From the NCBI GenBank assembly GCA_040285825.1, contig JAUPSS010000003.1, positions 1,054,001-1,118,000 of the forward strand: DNA of 64,000 nt, written 5' to 3'. Shown here in pieces: positions 48,272 through 59,720 of this stretch; positions within the stretch are counted from its first letter, which is position 1; the number at the start of each line of letters is the position of its first letter. The stretch is from Eukaryota sp. TZLM1-RC. Its lineage: Eukaryota; Protista; Metamonada: BaSk clade. A model generated the notes under the pieces. That model ran no database searches. It saw nothing but the letters and a program-made list of their open reading frames with translations, and was not told the DNA's origin. Position numbers and translations under genes: made by a program.

Positions 48272-49106
48272 AAGGCCGTAGTTTTTGTATAGTAGATTTT
48301 GTATAAATAAATTCCATTAGTCTTTGTGTGAATTCAAGTAAAATATTTTCTTACAACTTGATTGAGAAACATGTTGAAAAAAAAATTGAGAAATAGACAT
48401 GATTTATTGACCAGGATTGGGGAAGAGAGATCCTCTAATCTCTTGAACAACACTGCTGACGTCTGGATCAGCCATATGGGGTCCCAGGGCTCCCATGAAC
48501 TGCATAATGCCACTTTGATCCTGTGGGAATCCATATTTTGCCAGTGGTGCGGATTTTTTCTTTCAGCACATTGGGGTTACTATCAATGGGATGGGTAATA
48601 ACAACAAGGGACAGTTAGCTATGGGCCATACTAACCCTGTTAGTCGAAGACAGTTAAATGAAGCTGTTGGAAACATTGATAACAACGATAATATGTATTT
48701 TACCCTTGGTAATGCACATGGATTTATCATGTGGCGTAATGGTAGTATATCTTCTTGGGGAGATAATTCATGGGGACAAGCAGCTCCTAGACCCCATCAT
48801 GATAATAGTGTTTGGGCTAGGGTTGGTTATCATTTGCGTTAAAAGGCCGTAGTTTTTGTATAGTAGATTTTGTATAAATAAATTCCATTAGTCTTTGTGT
48901 GAATTCAAGTAAAATATTTTCTTACAACTTGATTGAGAAACATGTTGAAAAAAAAATTGAGAAATAGACATGATTTATTGACCAGGATTGGGGAAGAGAG
49001 ATCCTCTAATCTCTTGAACAACACTGCTGACGTCTGGATCAGCCATATGGGGTCCCAGGGCTCCCATGAACTGCATAATGCCACTTTGATCCTGTGGGAA
49101 TCCATA
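47965..49106. repeat. 571-bp tandem duplication covering the 3' ends of the RCC1 and C10 genes
   Basis: 47965-48535 equals 48536-49106; TTT microhomology at the junction. Confidence 0.92.
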
Positions 49107-49301
49107 TTTATGCATGTTTTCTCCCTGGATCTCAACAATGATTGGAACAACACTGCTTAGAAACTTGACAAAATCGTCACCAGCGGCTGCCTTTGCTTGA
49201 ACAATTCGGTCCTTATGGATTCGGAAAGAATCACGAACAAGAGAAGCAGCTTCCTTAGCTTGTTCAGAGGTAAGTTGAGGAATTGGACAGGATGAACTCA
49301 T
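48975..49301 (-). CDS. Protein C10 (C12orf57/GRCC10) homologue
   Basis: AKAAAGDD..K....V.P...EIQ....KYGF..D..G.MQF......DPDV. Confidence 0.8.
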   Translation of the reverse strand: MSSSCPIPQLTSEQAKEAASLVRDSFRIHKDRIVQAKAAAGDDFVKFLSSVVPIIVEIQGENMHKYGFPQDQSGIMQFMGALGPHMADPDVSSVVQEIRGSLFPNPGQ

Positions 49302-49430
49302 AATTGAAAACGACCTGCCAACAACATTTGAAAAATGTGAAAAAATGCCAACAAAACACACGTCATCACAACTTCATCTTCATCCAGCTTGTCTTGAGAG
49401 TATATACTGTCTTGAATACCTATCTGGTTG

Positions 49431-50003
49431 ATGAGTGTACCCCCCTTTGGCATAGTTATCAGTGGAAGACCTATTGCTACAAACATACAGCAAATATCCC
49501 CTGATCGTTTTGTCTATGAGTTTGAAAATGCATTTGCAGCCAAAAATGTTGCCGTGTTTCTTACAGGTTCGGTAGAACTTCCACCTGGTTTGGCAGCTTC
49601 CATTTATGTTTCTTCAGCCCCCTTTCAAGATTGGAGATTGTTAGGGGCTCTTACTTGTGAACGTCCATCTGCCATTTTCCCTCTTGAATGGAATCAGGCA
49701 TCAGTTTCACAAGCAGATTTTGAAGTAAAAGCACAGATTGGTATCTTTATTGGAGCACAAGATCAAATAACATCTGAACTAGTCAACAAAACTATGTTTG
49801 AAGTGCAAGCCAGACCAATTGTGAACCTCACAACTGATCAAATTGGACAGAAAATGTTAAAGGATTTCAGTAATTATGTATCTTCTTTTGCAAAGGAGGG
49901 CCCCAATGGACAATTGTTTGTAGAAACCTCTGTTGTAGACAAGTGGGTTGCCAACTTTGAACGTCGATGTCGATTCAACCCCAAATTCTGGACTATGGAT
50001 TAA
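49431..50003 (+). CDS. HIKESHI: Hikeshi/OPI10-family Hsp70 nuclear import carrier
   Basis: FGIVISGRP, AVFLTG...P.G.A.SIY, W.LLG.L..ERPSAIF, AQIGI, KW..NFERR...NP.FW. Confidence 0.92.
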   Translation: MSVPPFGIVISGRPIATNIQQISPDRFVYEFENAFAAKNVAVFLTGSVELPPGLAASIYVSSAPFQDWRLLGALTCERPSAIFPLEWNQASVSQADFEVKAQIGIFIGAQDQITSELVNKTMFEVQARPIVNLTTDQIGQKMLKDFSNYVSSFAKEGPNGQLFVETSVVDKWVANFERRCRFNPKFWTMD

Positions 50004-50608
50004 AAATAAATTTAACAACTTGTTTTTTGTTATTATTTCTTAATTATTCAGCACAATCAATGTTTAGCCTGTTTTCCTTGACTTTATATAGTTGCTTTAA
50101 TTTTGCTCAAAACTAATTGTATTAAGGAACTACATTTGTTACAGTTCAATATTGATAGGATCGTTCAACACTTAACACATTTAAATAATTGTGAACTTGT
50201 TGTTTGTGAAACGGTTGGTAATTTGCTGAAATCCGTCACAATGTAGCCTTTTCCCTTCTGAATGTGAGCTATAATTGATATCCATTAGGCATGTTCCAAT
50301 TTAAAAGAAGCAGATTCCGAACAGATGTGTTAATAATGAAGATTTTATCACAAAAGTAATGTCCAACAACAAGAATTTGTCTTTGATGAACACTGAGTAT
50401 TATTTAGAAGAGCACGACATAAATAATGAAGCTAAGGAATGGGTCAAGGAGGTAGAATCATCACAAAAAACTAAAAAACAAGTAAAAAAACGATTACTAA
50501 CATCCAAATTAATTGTAATTCATAACAGTGTGGTAAAGCTAAAGAAAATGCCATACCTACTTTCAACTTTCAAGCAATTGAATTAGATTTAAACTCAAAG
50601 TCCAAATA

Positions 50609-51607
50609 TTAATCCCTATGTTCCAATTTAAAAACAATTCCATGTTTATCCAAAAAATTCATTAATAATGATTTAGAATAGCTCAGGCTAACTTCAGCTA
50701 AACAGGCCTGAAGGTGATCCACAGATATTGTTTCAAAAACCAACATTGAAACCCACAAATTAACCAGCTTCTCATTGGTTCTGATCTCATTAATTAAAAA
50801 CTCTTCTTCAGCAGTTGTCAGGTTGACTTTTTCAGTGTTCTGTGAAACTGGCACTGCCTTTTTTCTTTTACGCACCCTCCCCTCACCCAAAGGGACCACA
50901 GCTGAAGGGTTTCTGTTAGCTCTTGGCTGAGGAGGTGACAAAGCACGTTCTCTGCGTGACCGAGTGGGAGACCTGACCTCAACAGCAATCATGCCCCCAG
51001 AAGAGGAATTGCGAGGGGGCTCTCTACTACGATGAAGGTCGTGCAAGGCTGAAGCGTGGTCATCTTGTAATTTTTTCATTGCATCATTATAATCCCTTGT
51101 TAATTGTTCCTTCTTTTCTGAATAAATGCTCCCAAGTTGCGTCAGTGATGCTGAATGTGACGAGTTAAATCCTCCCCCACATTTTGGGCAAAATGTAGCA
51201 ACATTCTCCACAGTCGTTTGGTTTTGATCATCTGCCCTTGGTATTGGCATTGATGAAGTGGAGGGTTGTCTAGATTGATTATTTGGTAGCTGATTACTTG
51301 TTCTCGGGGGGATTAATCGCCTGTTGACTGCATTTGAACGAGATCTGGTTCTAATGGGAGACTTTATCTGTACTGAAACCATTGGAGATGAATGAGAGTG
51401 AAAAGTATTTTGGGGTTCTGGACTATCTAATGAGATAACTTGATCTGGTGAAGTTCTGTCGGGTTGAGGAGTGTCAACACTTGTACTATTGCGCCATGCC
51501 GACACGATTTGGGCTATAGAAAGTCCTCGTTGTTCTCCACAACGTTTAACATGTAGGTAACGATTTTCATTTGGACTTATCACTTGATTACATATCTTGC
51601 AGTTCAT
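50609..51607 (-). CDS. SLX4: SLX4-like nuclease scaffold
   Basis: N-terminal UBZ-like CKIC..LHVKRC; C-terminal LW.SML.FE.I..L...L....S...LMNFLDKHGIVF resembling the SLX1-binding domain. Confidence 0.7.
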   Translation of the reverse strand: MNCKICNQVISPNENRYLHVKRCGEQRGLSIAQIVSAWRNSTSVDTPQPDRTSPDQVISLDSPEPQNTFHSHSSPMVSVQIKSPIRTRSRSNAVNRRLIPPRTSNQLPNNQSRQPSTSSMPIPRADDQNQTTVENVATFCPKCGGGFNSSHSASLTQLGSIYSEKKEQLTRDYNDAMKKLQDDHASALHDLHRSREPPRNSSSGGMIAVEVRSPTRSRRERALSPPQPRANRNPSAVVPLGEGRVRKRKKAVPVSQNTEKVNLTTAEEEFLINEIRTNEKLVNLWVSMLVFETISVDHLQACLAEVSLSYSKSLLMNFLDKHGIVFKLEHRD

Positions 51608-51795
51608 TGATAAAGATATGTAGCAGGAGTGAAGTGAACAATATTACAGGCAATAAAAAAAGTTCTGTACGAGCAGAAGATGTTGAGTTAAAAAGCGAAG
51701 CCGTAGATGATAAGACGGCAACTTTAGATATGGAAAAACAGATGTTGAAAAAACAGAATTTTTTTTGTAAACTGAATTTGTAAATAGAAATTTAT

Positions 51796-52576
51796 GGGTC
51801 TTGCTAAACTTGTACCATCTTGTATTTTGCTAAACTTGTACTGAAAATATCTAACCTTGTACTATATCAACTTAGACTCTTTATAACAACTCAAACTACA
51901 AGAACACTTCAGATAATCTCTCATGCTTTGTTCTTGTTATGCTTCTGATTCTTTGGACAATCCTTTTTCTTATGATCGCTTACACCACATATACCGCAAG
52001 GGAGAGTACACTTAGTTACATAGCGCCCTGCTCTACCACAATTACCACATCTTCTTGCCTTCTTTCTTCCAACTGTCAAGTCCTTCTTTGCCATAAATCG
52101 ATTCCTTTTCAGCTTTGCATGATTTGATTCAACACGAGATGTGGTGTAGCTATTGAAATGAGTGAACTGGTCTGTGTATCAATGTAAAAATTCAGTTCCA
52201 ACTGGTGGTATGCTCTGTTCGATATAATCAACCGCTTTTTGGAATGCATTCATTGCTCCACAAGTCAAGTTCTTGTAAGTGAATAGGAAATCGTTCAATA
52301 AAAGTTTCATTGAGGATTAGGTTTCATTGATTAGCGCAGCAGGAACATCGGAAATACACAGAGACATTAGGTTTATGAGCATATAAGTGAAAAGCAAAGC
52401 CTTGTTCGTTACTCCGTCTTTTCCAAGATTCCAAGAGGTTCCTGAAGGAAAAACTTCTTTGTAGGGGACTAATATCATTCACTCTTGCACTATCGCCTTC
52501 AGGATGTTGTATCATGATAAAATTTTGGAAAGTACAAGTTTAGCAAAAATGTAGGTACAAGTTTAGCAAAATCATC
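51796..52576 (-). mobile_element. Internally deleted Mutator-like (MULE) DNA transposon
   Basis: Inverted repeats with doubled TTGCTAAACTTGTAC at both ends; minus-strand THFNSYTTSRVESNHAKLK motif near 52100-52170; flanking 9-mers GAAATTTAT/GAAAATTAT (8/9). Confidence 0.8.
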
Positions 52577-52720
52577 GAAAATTATCGGTCTCTGATGCTG
52601 TATGGTTAGACATTGTACAGAATAGAGATAAAAGATAAAGGTATTAATTCAATTCCACTGGCCCTTATAAAGGCCGTCACTAGTGAAGTCTATACTAGAC
52701 TAATTGTCCACAGTACAACA

Positions 52721-55700
52721 CTACCTTTTCCCTCTCTTAAATCTCGTACGAGAGCTATAAGAATTAACTGCGGGGGAATTAGTCTTAGATTTAGAATTGG
52801 AATTCATTTTCCGTTTCCTGGTAGTGTGAGGACTAAGGGTTCGCAAATATGATTGGTATGCCTCAGTGCTTTTGACGTCAGCAACTGGGACAGACGATGT
52901 CTCGCCGCCATACCAAACTGCAGTACAAAAAGGAATTTTATTATCATTCGAGTCTATAAAATCGAAGTGATCTATAATCTTAATAATTACAGATTCTTCC
53001 ATATCACCGGCAGCAATGTTCTTATGCCAATCTATATCTTCTTTAGGGAAGTCAGAGAGGTATAGTTTACAGTGATTAATACTTGCCGTAGACATCGAAC
53101 CAGTGACGAGATTCTTGAGTAATAAACTTTTATTGGATTTCACTTTTTCAAAGAGAAAAGGGCCAGCGAAGCAACCATGGAGTTTACCATTAGTCTTTAA
53201 TCACAAAACTAAGTCACCTTTATTAAAAGGGTTCCTATGTTTGTTAACTTCAGGCAGTTGTTGAGCTTGTCTGAGCTCTGCCTCTTCTCTCTTCTTTGAA
53301 ATCCTTTCAAGTTTTGCTTCAAGATCTTTAACAAAGGGAATATTAACATTAGCTGATTTTATTAGTTCAAACATATTACTCGGATCAGCTCTAGGGCTGT
53401 GGTCGCTACCAAACATTAAATTGTAGGGCGAATGACCAGTAACTCTACTAATAGTTGAATTGATTTGAAGTTGTACAATTGGGATATATTCACTCCAATT
53501 GCTATAATCGCCAGAGTCCACCAAAATCATTCTTAGACTTTGTAAAATGTCTCTGTGTCGTCTCTCTACTAAACCATTGCTTTGTGAAAAGCTAGTTAGT
53601 GAACGACTTACTTCAATGTTTAATAAATCGCTTAACCCTTTGAATATGGCATTAGCAAATTCAATACCATTGTCACTATGAATCAACAGTGGGATACCAA
53701 AAATTGATACTACACTCCATAGGAGGTGATTGGTTGCCTCCACTGCATTCAATTCCTTTGCAGGGCAAATGATCGTGTACCTAGTGAACGAATCTACAAA
53801 AACTATTAAATATTTGAATCCATTATCATCTTGTTGTAATGGTCCAATAGTGTCTGCGTTTAATCGTGCAAAAGGTCGATCAGCCCAAAGAGAGCCAGAT
53901 GATTCAATGACATTTTTAGGCACATGTGCCGTCTTTTGACATGCTGGACATCTCTTAATATGATTAATCATGTCTTTGCGCATGTCGGGCCAAAAGTAAT
54001 CACTATTGAGTAATTTCTTTACGCTAGTCGTCACGCTAGGATGGCCAACATTTGCATTTCCATGAATGATAGTTAAAGTCTGCTTCTTTAAACTATCTGG
54101 GATAACAATCTTCCCACGATTGTTGGTATACAATTGAATATCTGAATTATAATTGTAATCTTTATAATAATTAGGATTTGAATCAACATCTATAAGTTGT
54201 TCTTGCCTAATCTTTGAGATCCAAGTGTCAAATAAATCAAATTTGGTATCCTCAACTGCTTCTTTCAATGCAGATAAGCTATTGATCGTGGGTAGCTCAA
54301 TTGTGGACGGTTGAGTAATATCATCCCTTAACAAATTAACTCTAGTTAATAAATTTAAATAGGGTAATTGTTCTTCAACTCTGTGAGGTGCCAAGTTTCT
54401 CACTTGTTGGACTCGAGGAGTTTTGAGTTTGGTGTCAACCAATCTAGACAACATGTCTGCCCAATAATTCTCCTCGCCTGCAGTGTGGACTACATCAAAA
54501 TTGAAATCTGCCAATACTGGTAGCCACCTCTTCACAATTCTGTTCTTTTCAGGAGCTGATATGAGGTATGCTAAATTTCTATGATCAGTGAAAATAGTTA
54601 ATTTCCTCGAAATTAAATAATTTTCTAAACTACTGTCAGTGAGAATTAGTAAAATTGCATACAACTCTTTCTGAAGTACAGACCAATTCTTTGGTGAAGT
54701 TGATAACAATCTGCTAAAGAAGGCAATAGGTACAACCTTTCTCTTAATTAGCGGTGTCGTAGGATCTTTAGGTGGGTTAGCTTCTTGCCATATTACTCCA
54801 CCTACAGCCACATCGGACGCGTCAGCACTTATTAAAATATGCTTGTCTTCTGAGGGCAATTCAAGAGGGATATTTGCTTTGATAAGATTTATAATCTTAC
54901 CAAAAGCCTCGTCATGATCAAGAGTCCACTTGATTTTTGACGGTTTGTTTCTGGTTAATTTGTTGATTGGTTCTATCAAGTCAGACAAATTTGGCAACCA
55001 GTCACGTATATAATTGATCGAACCTATAAAATTCCTAACTTCATGTAATGTCCTGGGTTTGGGTAGGTTGATCAGTCCCTCGATCCTAGATTCATCAATA
55101 TAGCGGGTTTTGTTTACAAAAATACTACCTAGAATTTTTATTTCATGTTTGCAAGTGGTAAAGCTACACTTGGGTAGGCCAAGGTTAACTCTAAAACGTT
55201 TGGCGCGTTCTAGGACCGTACCTACTCTAGATAGAAATTCATCCAGGGTCGAAGCTACTATTATTGTGTCATCGATATAAATAAATACGCCCCCAGAATC
55301 AAATATTTCCATCATCATGTTTTGGAAGACTGCAGGAACGTTCTTCAAACCAAAACAAGCCCTTTTAAAACTGATCGACATCCCAGGAATTGATACGGTA
55401 GTTTTATCAATATCCTCCTCTGCAATTTTGAGCTGCCAAAATGCCTTAGGTGAATCTAGAGTTGCTATATAATTAGCATTACTTAGAAACTCTAAAATGT
55501 CGCTAATCCTGGGCAAATTTGCCTCTACAGGTTTAGTTAAATCATTTACTCCACCAATACCACTAAAATCGCTAGTTAATCGTGGTTTCCTGTGATCAGG
55601 GTAAATCACAAGACAGATGGGACTACTGAATTGAGACTTTGTGGGCACAGCAAATCCATTACGGATCAATTCGTTAAAAATTTCCTCGGCTACCCGTTGT

Positions 55701-56503
55701 TTTTCTGGGTTTAATCTTCGATTTTTCCTTTTGAGGACCTTACTTTCGTCATAAAATGGAATGGTCATCGGCTGACAATCAATTCCATCCGGGTGAGGTA
55801 GCCCACTAAATACATTTCTATATTTTTCGAGTAGCACGACTAGGCGTCCCTCGTCCCTGATGTCATCCAGGCATATTCTACAGCCCAACTCATCTAATTC
55901 ATGTCTAAATGTGGAATGCCCAAAATCATTACCTAAGTCTGATTTATTACTCAATTGTTCTATGAATCTAATTGGTTGACAAATTCTATTATCAAACTCA
56001 CATTCAGCATTTAAGATGGTGCGGTGTTCGCGATCCAAATTAATATTAAAACCGTGCTCCGTGCGTAGCCCCAAAATTTGTAATAAGTCTCTTCCGATCA
56101 AAAAATTATTGGTACCAGGAATGATCTGGAATTCGATCCTTAAAAACACTTGAGTGGCCAAGCTACCCACATTTAGAGCAAGAACACCACTTGCACATCC
56201 CAGGGTCGTGGAGCAAATACTATTTGCCGATAAGTATTCGACAGTCTTATTGTCATTAACTGTCATATTACATTTAGAGGCTAAATCCATTGATAATGCT
56301 GAAAATGCAGCTCCATTATCAATTTCGCCTTGTACTTCCACGTTATTTATGGTGCAGGTTAACCAAAGTTCCCCGTTAGAACTTTCTTGGTCCTCTGCTA
56401 CCCTGGATAGTCTAACACTGTGGATAGAACCCACAGGATTGGATGACTCTCTGAATCTTTTTAATGGATTTAGGTGATTATAATTCGAATCTACTTTGCT
56501 CAT
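52721..56503 (-). CDS. pol: Ty3/gypsy pol (protease DNGA, RT YIDD, RNase H DASD, integrase HHCC + DDE, GPF motif, chromo-like tail) with in-frame TGA at 53201-53203
   Basis: The 1100-aa ORF continues in frame into 52721-53143; the final stop lies inside the PPT. Confidence 0.92.
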
Positions 56504-58916
56504 TTTATAAATGGATTTGATTGAATTATTTGTAAGGTTATTGTTAAAAGATGTATAATCATCTGATTTATTACTACTACTTTTACGTTTTCTATCACGT
56601 TTTTCACCTCCTTGTCGCTTTTTTGAACCTGGTCTTCCAACTATTTTAAAACATTTCTCTTCAGGATGTTTATTGGTTTTGCATGAGCTACACCATTGCT
56701 CTGAAGGGATGGGTCGACTGCTTACTCCAGGGTTCTTAAAAGGACCTTTTGACTGGCTTCGTCTTTTTGCGCAGGGGCGTGAGTACCAAAAGCTGTTCTT
56801 ATCAAATTCATGTCTTTGATCGAGGATTCAAAACTGTTGACCTTATTAACAAATGCGTTACCTAAATTGTAAATCGCATCGCCCAGTTTCTCGTTACTCG
56901 AATCAAACTTGCCAATCCAAATGATATATGTGTCCATCAATTGATTGTTTGTTTTGTCGTTAATAGTTTTGAGAAATCTCTTTGCTGGGTAGACGACAGA
57001 CGGATTACCATCCGTTCCGGGCACAATTGTAGAGCGTCGAATTATATATATGATCTGCTCTATGAAGGCTGTCCATGAAGATTCAGCAGTCATTCTGCGA
57101 CTGATCTCAGGTGGTCTTACAGACCTTAAAGCCTTCTCAACATCGGTAGGGTATTTGCACTGAGTGCTGAGTAGCAAATATTCCCAGATTTCGGCGTCAG
57201 ATGGGTTGTTGCCTAACACGTTTGTTCGACCTCCATAAAAACTCTGCCATTCTGCGATGACCTTACCCTCGATTATAAATCTCAAATACAAAGGGTCCAC
57301 TTCGAAGAACATAGATCTAACGAAGTCATACTGATGAACAGGTTGACCGTATTTGGTGATCGGCGTAAATGCTCTGGTGGGTCCATCGCGATCCCTAACT
57401 GTTTTAGCCCAATTGCCAAAGTTAAGAACGAAGTCGAAGATCTTCTTGGCGTCAAACGCTTCATATAACTTAACTAGGCATCTGAGTTTGTCGTCTATTC
57501 TTTGCCTCAATTTCTCCTCGTCTGTTACAGGAGTTCTATAAAGACCGAGGGTGTCGACAAGAGAATCTCTAGGAGCATTCGTTCCTAGGGGTTGCGTGGG
57601 TATAGATGATTTTATAACAGATGCTTGTGTAGGAGTTGCTTCTCAAGAAGCTCTCCTAGATGCCAGAGGCCCTACAGAAGGTGTACTAAATAGGTTCATA
57701 TTCCTCTCTTCTGAAGGCAATGTTTCGCCCAACTTAATGATAAATCTTGTCTTAGGAGGTTCCTCCTGCACAGGTACGGTCTGGGCTGGTGGCCTTAAAT
57801 CCACCCAATCTGGTGCATCTTTAGATCCTCTAGGGACCCCTGCTAGTTTATGATCGTATGGGAGGCAACTGCTCTTTATTAAGACATTCTCAAAAACATT
57901 TTGGTCGGGCCAGCTATCAACCCATGCCTTAAGTTTTGCCATCCATGCATCAGGATATACTAATTTTAACTTGTTAGGGCCAACACGTAGCTCTTTCAAT
58001 TCAATTACCCTTGTGCCTATTTCTCTAATGTAGGACTCTTTGGTATGAAATTGAAGGGTGTCACCTCGAGATTCATCGAATCTGCCCCCAAGCATAATAA
58101 AAATGTCCGCAATGGAATCTTTTGGGTGTACGTTCTCCACTAGGAAATGCCTTACGACGCCTCTAAGGTTTCTACCTTGTTGATTATGAGGATACATTTT
58201 AGCTATCCAAAATAGTCTGTCGTAAGCTTCTTGATTTCCACTGAAATATATTTTGTGGTCATCAATTGCATCCCTATGCCATTTGGCAGTCCTGGGAGTA
58301 GCAGCTTGATACTTTGGACGAGGTGCGCTAAAATAGCAATCCTCGACTGCACTCATCCCACACGAGACTGCCGAATCGGTAAGATCATCCAATCTTTTTA
58401 AAAGATTTGGACTCTGATCATAACTCTCGTAGACGACATCGTCAAGTGTTTTGCCGTGGGCTTCCCCAAAGAGAAAGGGCCAACGTTTCGCTAAATAGTC
58501 ACGTCTGACCTTCTCACATTCGGCTGAATCAACGTCTCCTGAGAGGCGTTCTGTCTCATTCTCAGCCATTTTTAGTAATTCATCATCGCTCTAATCCATA
58601 ACATCATCAGGAGGATTGGCGATGAGATCCAATAGGAAGTCTCTAGTTACGGCCTCAACTGCCTTTGCTAGTTTCCTTCGGTAAAGACCTTGCGAAGTCC
58701 TTTCCGTAGATGGAAAACTAGGAGTTGGATTAGGAGGATTGGGTGTATGAGGTGGTTCATCATCGCTCTCATCCCCTCTCCTGCTGTTGTTCTGATTATG
58801 AGATCCTCTGGAATCACTTTGTGGTTCCTCACTTGAGCTGATGTCAGAAGTAGGTGAGGAGGGAGTTTTACGTGAGGAGCTAGTCGTAGACAGTTGCTCG
58901 CCTTCGCCTCCTTCAC
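56500..58916 (-). pseudogene. gag: Frameshifted gag-region ORF(s)
   Basis: ORFs 57643-58569 and 56722-57510, then CSSCKTNKHPEEKC knuckle near 56650-56695. Confidence 0.75.
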
Positions 58917-59057
58917 CTTCTGTACAAGCGTTAGATTTGTTACTTACAACAAACGCTTTGAATCTCCGTTGCTCGCTCGGAGTGAGAAAACTCTTCCTAC
59001 AAGGAAGGAGCTCAGAGGAGTTGTTGGGGTATGTCTACAATTCTGTCACATCAGCAA

Positions 59058-59300
59058 CGTGATTACCACTCTCCTTATTAGGGAGGTGACTTCCTTTCTG
59101 AGAGGTAGAGCTCTCCTCAGTGTGAAGTTCACTCTCCTTATTGGGAAGGTGACTTTCTTTCTGAGAGGCAAGGCTCTTCTCAGCGGAAAGCTCACTCTCC
59201 TTAGGAGGATTACTCTTCCCGAAGGAAGGATTACTCTTCTCGAAAGAAGGATTACTCTCCGTAGATGGAGGATTACTCTCCTGAGAAGGAGGATTACGGT
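59058..59300. repeat. 21-bp-unit tandem repeat with 63-bp higher-order period in the LTR-element leader
   Basis: Recurring GGATTACTCT/CACTCTCCTTA; translates as xESNPxx/KESEL/KESHL on the minus strand. Confidence 0.8.
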
Positions 59301-59459
59301 TAATGTCCTGGCCGGAGCCATTATTTATTGATGCTGTATGGTTAGACATTGTACAGAATAGAGATAAAAGATAAAGGTATTTATTAAATTCCACTGGTCC
59401 TTATAAAGGCCGTCACTAGTGAAGTCTATACTAGACTAATTGTCCACAGTACAACATCA

Positions 59460-59720
59460 CTTTCAAACTTCTATGCTGCAAGAGCCGTATGTTTATTCTC
59501 ATTAAACTAACTGCAGAGGAAAAGCGTGGCGATATGCTTGCGAGAGCACGGGTGACCCTTCATAGAGGCACCCCTGTGCATAGGGATTGCCAATGCCATT
59601 TTCAGTACCTGTTAAGTACCCTCGCTATTGATAGTTGCGTTGTGTACAACAGTATCTGCGGCGCAACTATAATAGGGTTTTGCCAGTTCTGAGTCCCACC
59701 GTTGTAAAGAGAACTGTCTA
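59460..59720 (+). ncRNA. Unidentified structured RNA candidate with a 30-nt intron-like segment
   Basis: Stems GGCGAT/ATTGCC, GCTT-GCGA-GAGC, GCAC-GGGTG/CACCC-GTGC, CTATT..ATAGTTGCG/CGCAACTAT-AATAG, CAGTTCT/AGAACTG; GTATGT..ACTAAC..TGCAG at 59487-59516. Confidence 0.45.

Larger units (their letters stand above)
52593..59456 (-). mobile_element. Full-length Ty3/gypsy LTR retrotransposon, mildly decayed
   Basis: 128-bp TG..CA LTRs 52593-52720 and 59329-59456 (3 mismatches); PBS TGGCTCCGGCCAGGAC; PPT AAGAGAGGGAAAAGGTAG; gag with CCHC knuckle; PR-RT-RH-IN order; flanks TCTC/TCAC. Confidence 0.95.

Noticed and set aside
53201-53203. TGA reassignment or programmed readthrough in pol
   Set aside because: Host genes end in TGA, TAG and TAA; the element has other lesions; a single point mutation (e.g. 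CGA to TGA) is sufficient
59058-59300. CRISPR-like array near the Fanzor
   Set aside because: Degenerate contiguous 21-bp units without unique spacers, located inside the gypsy leader
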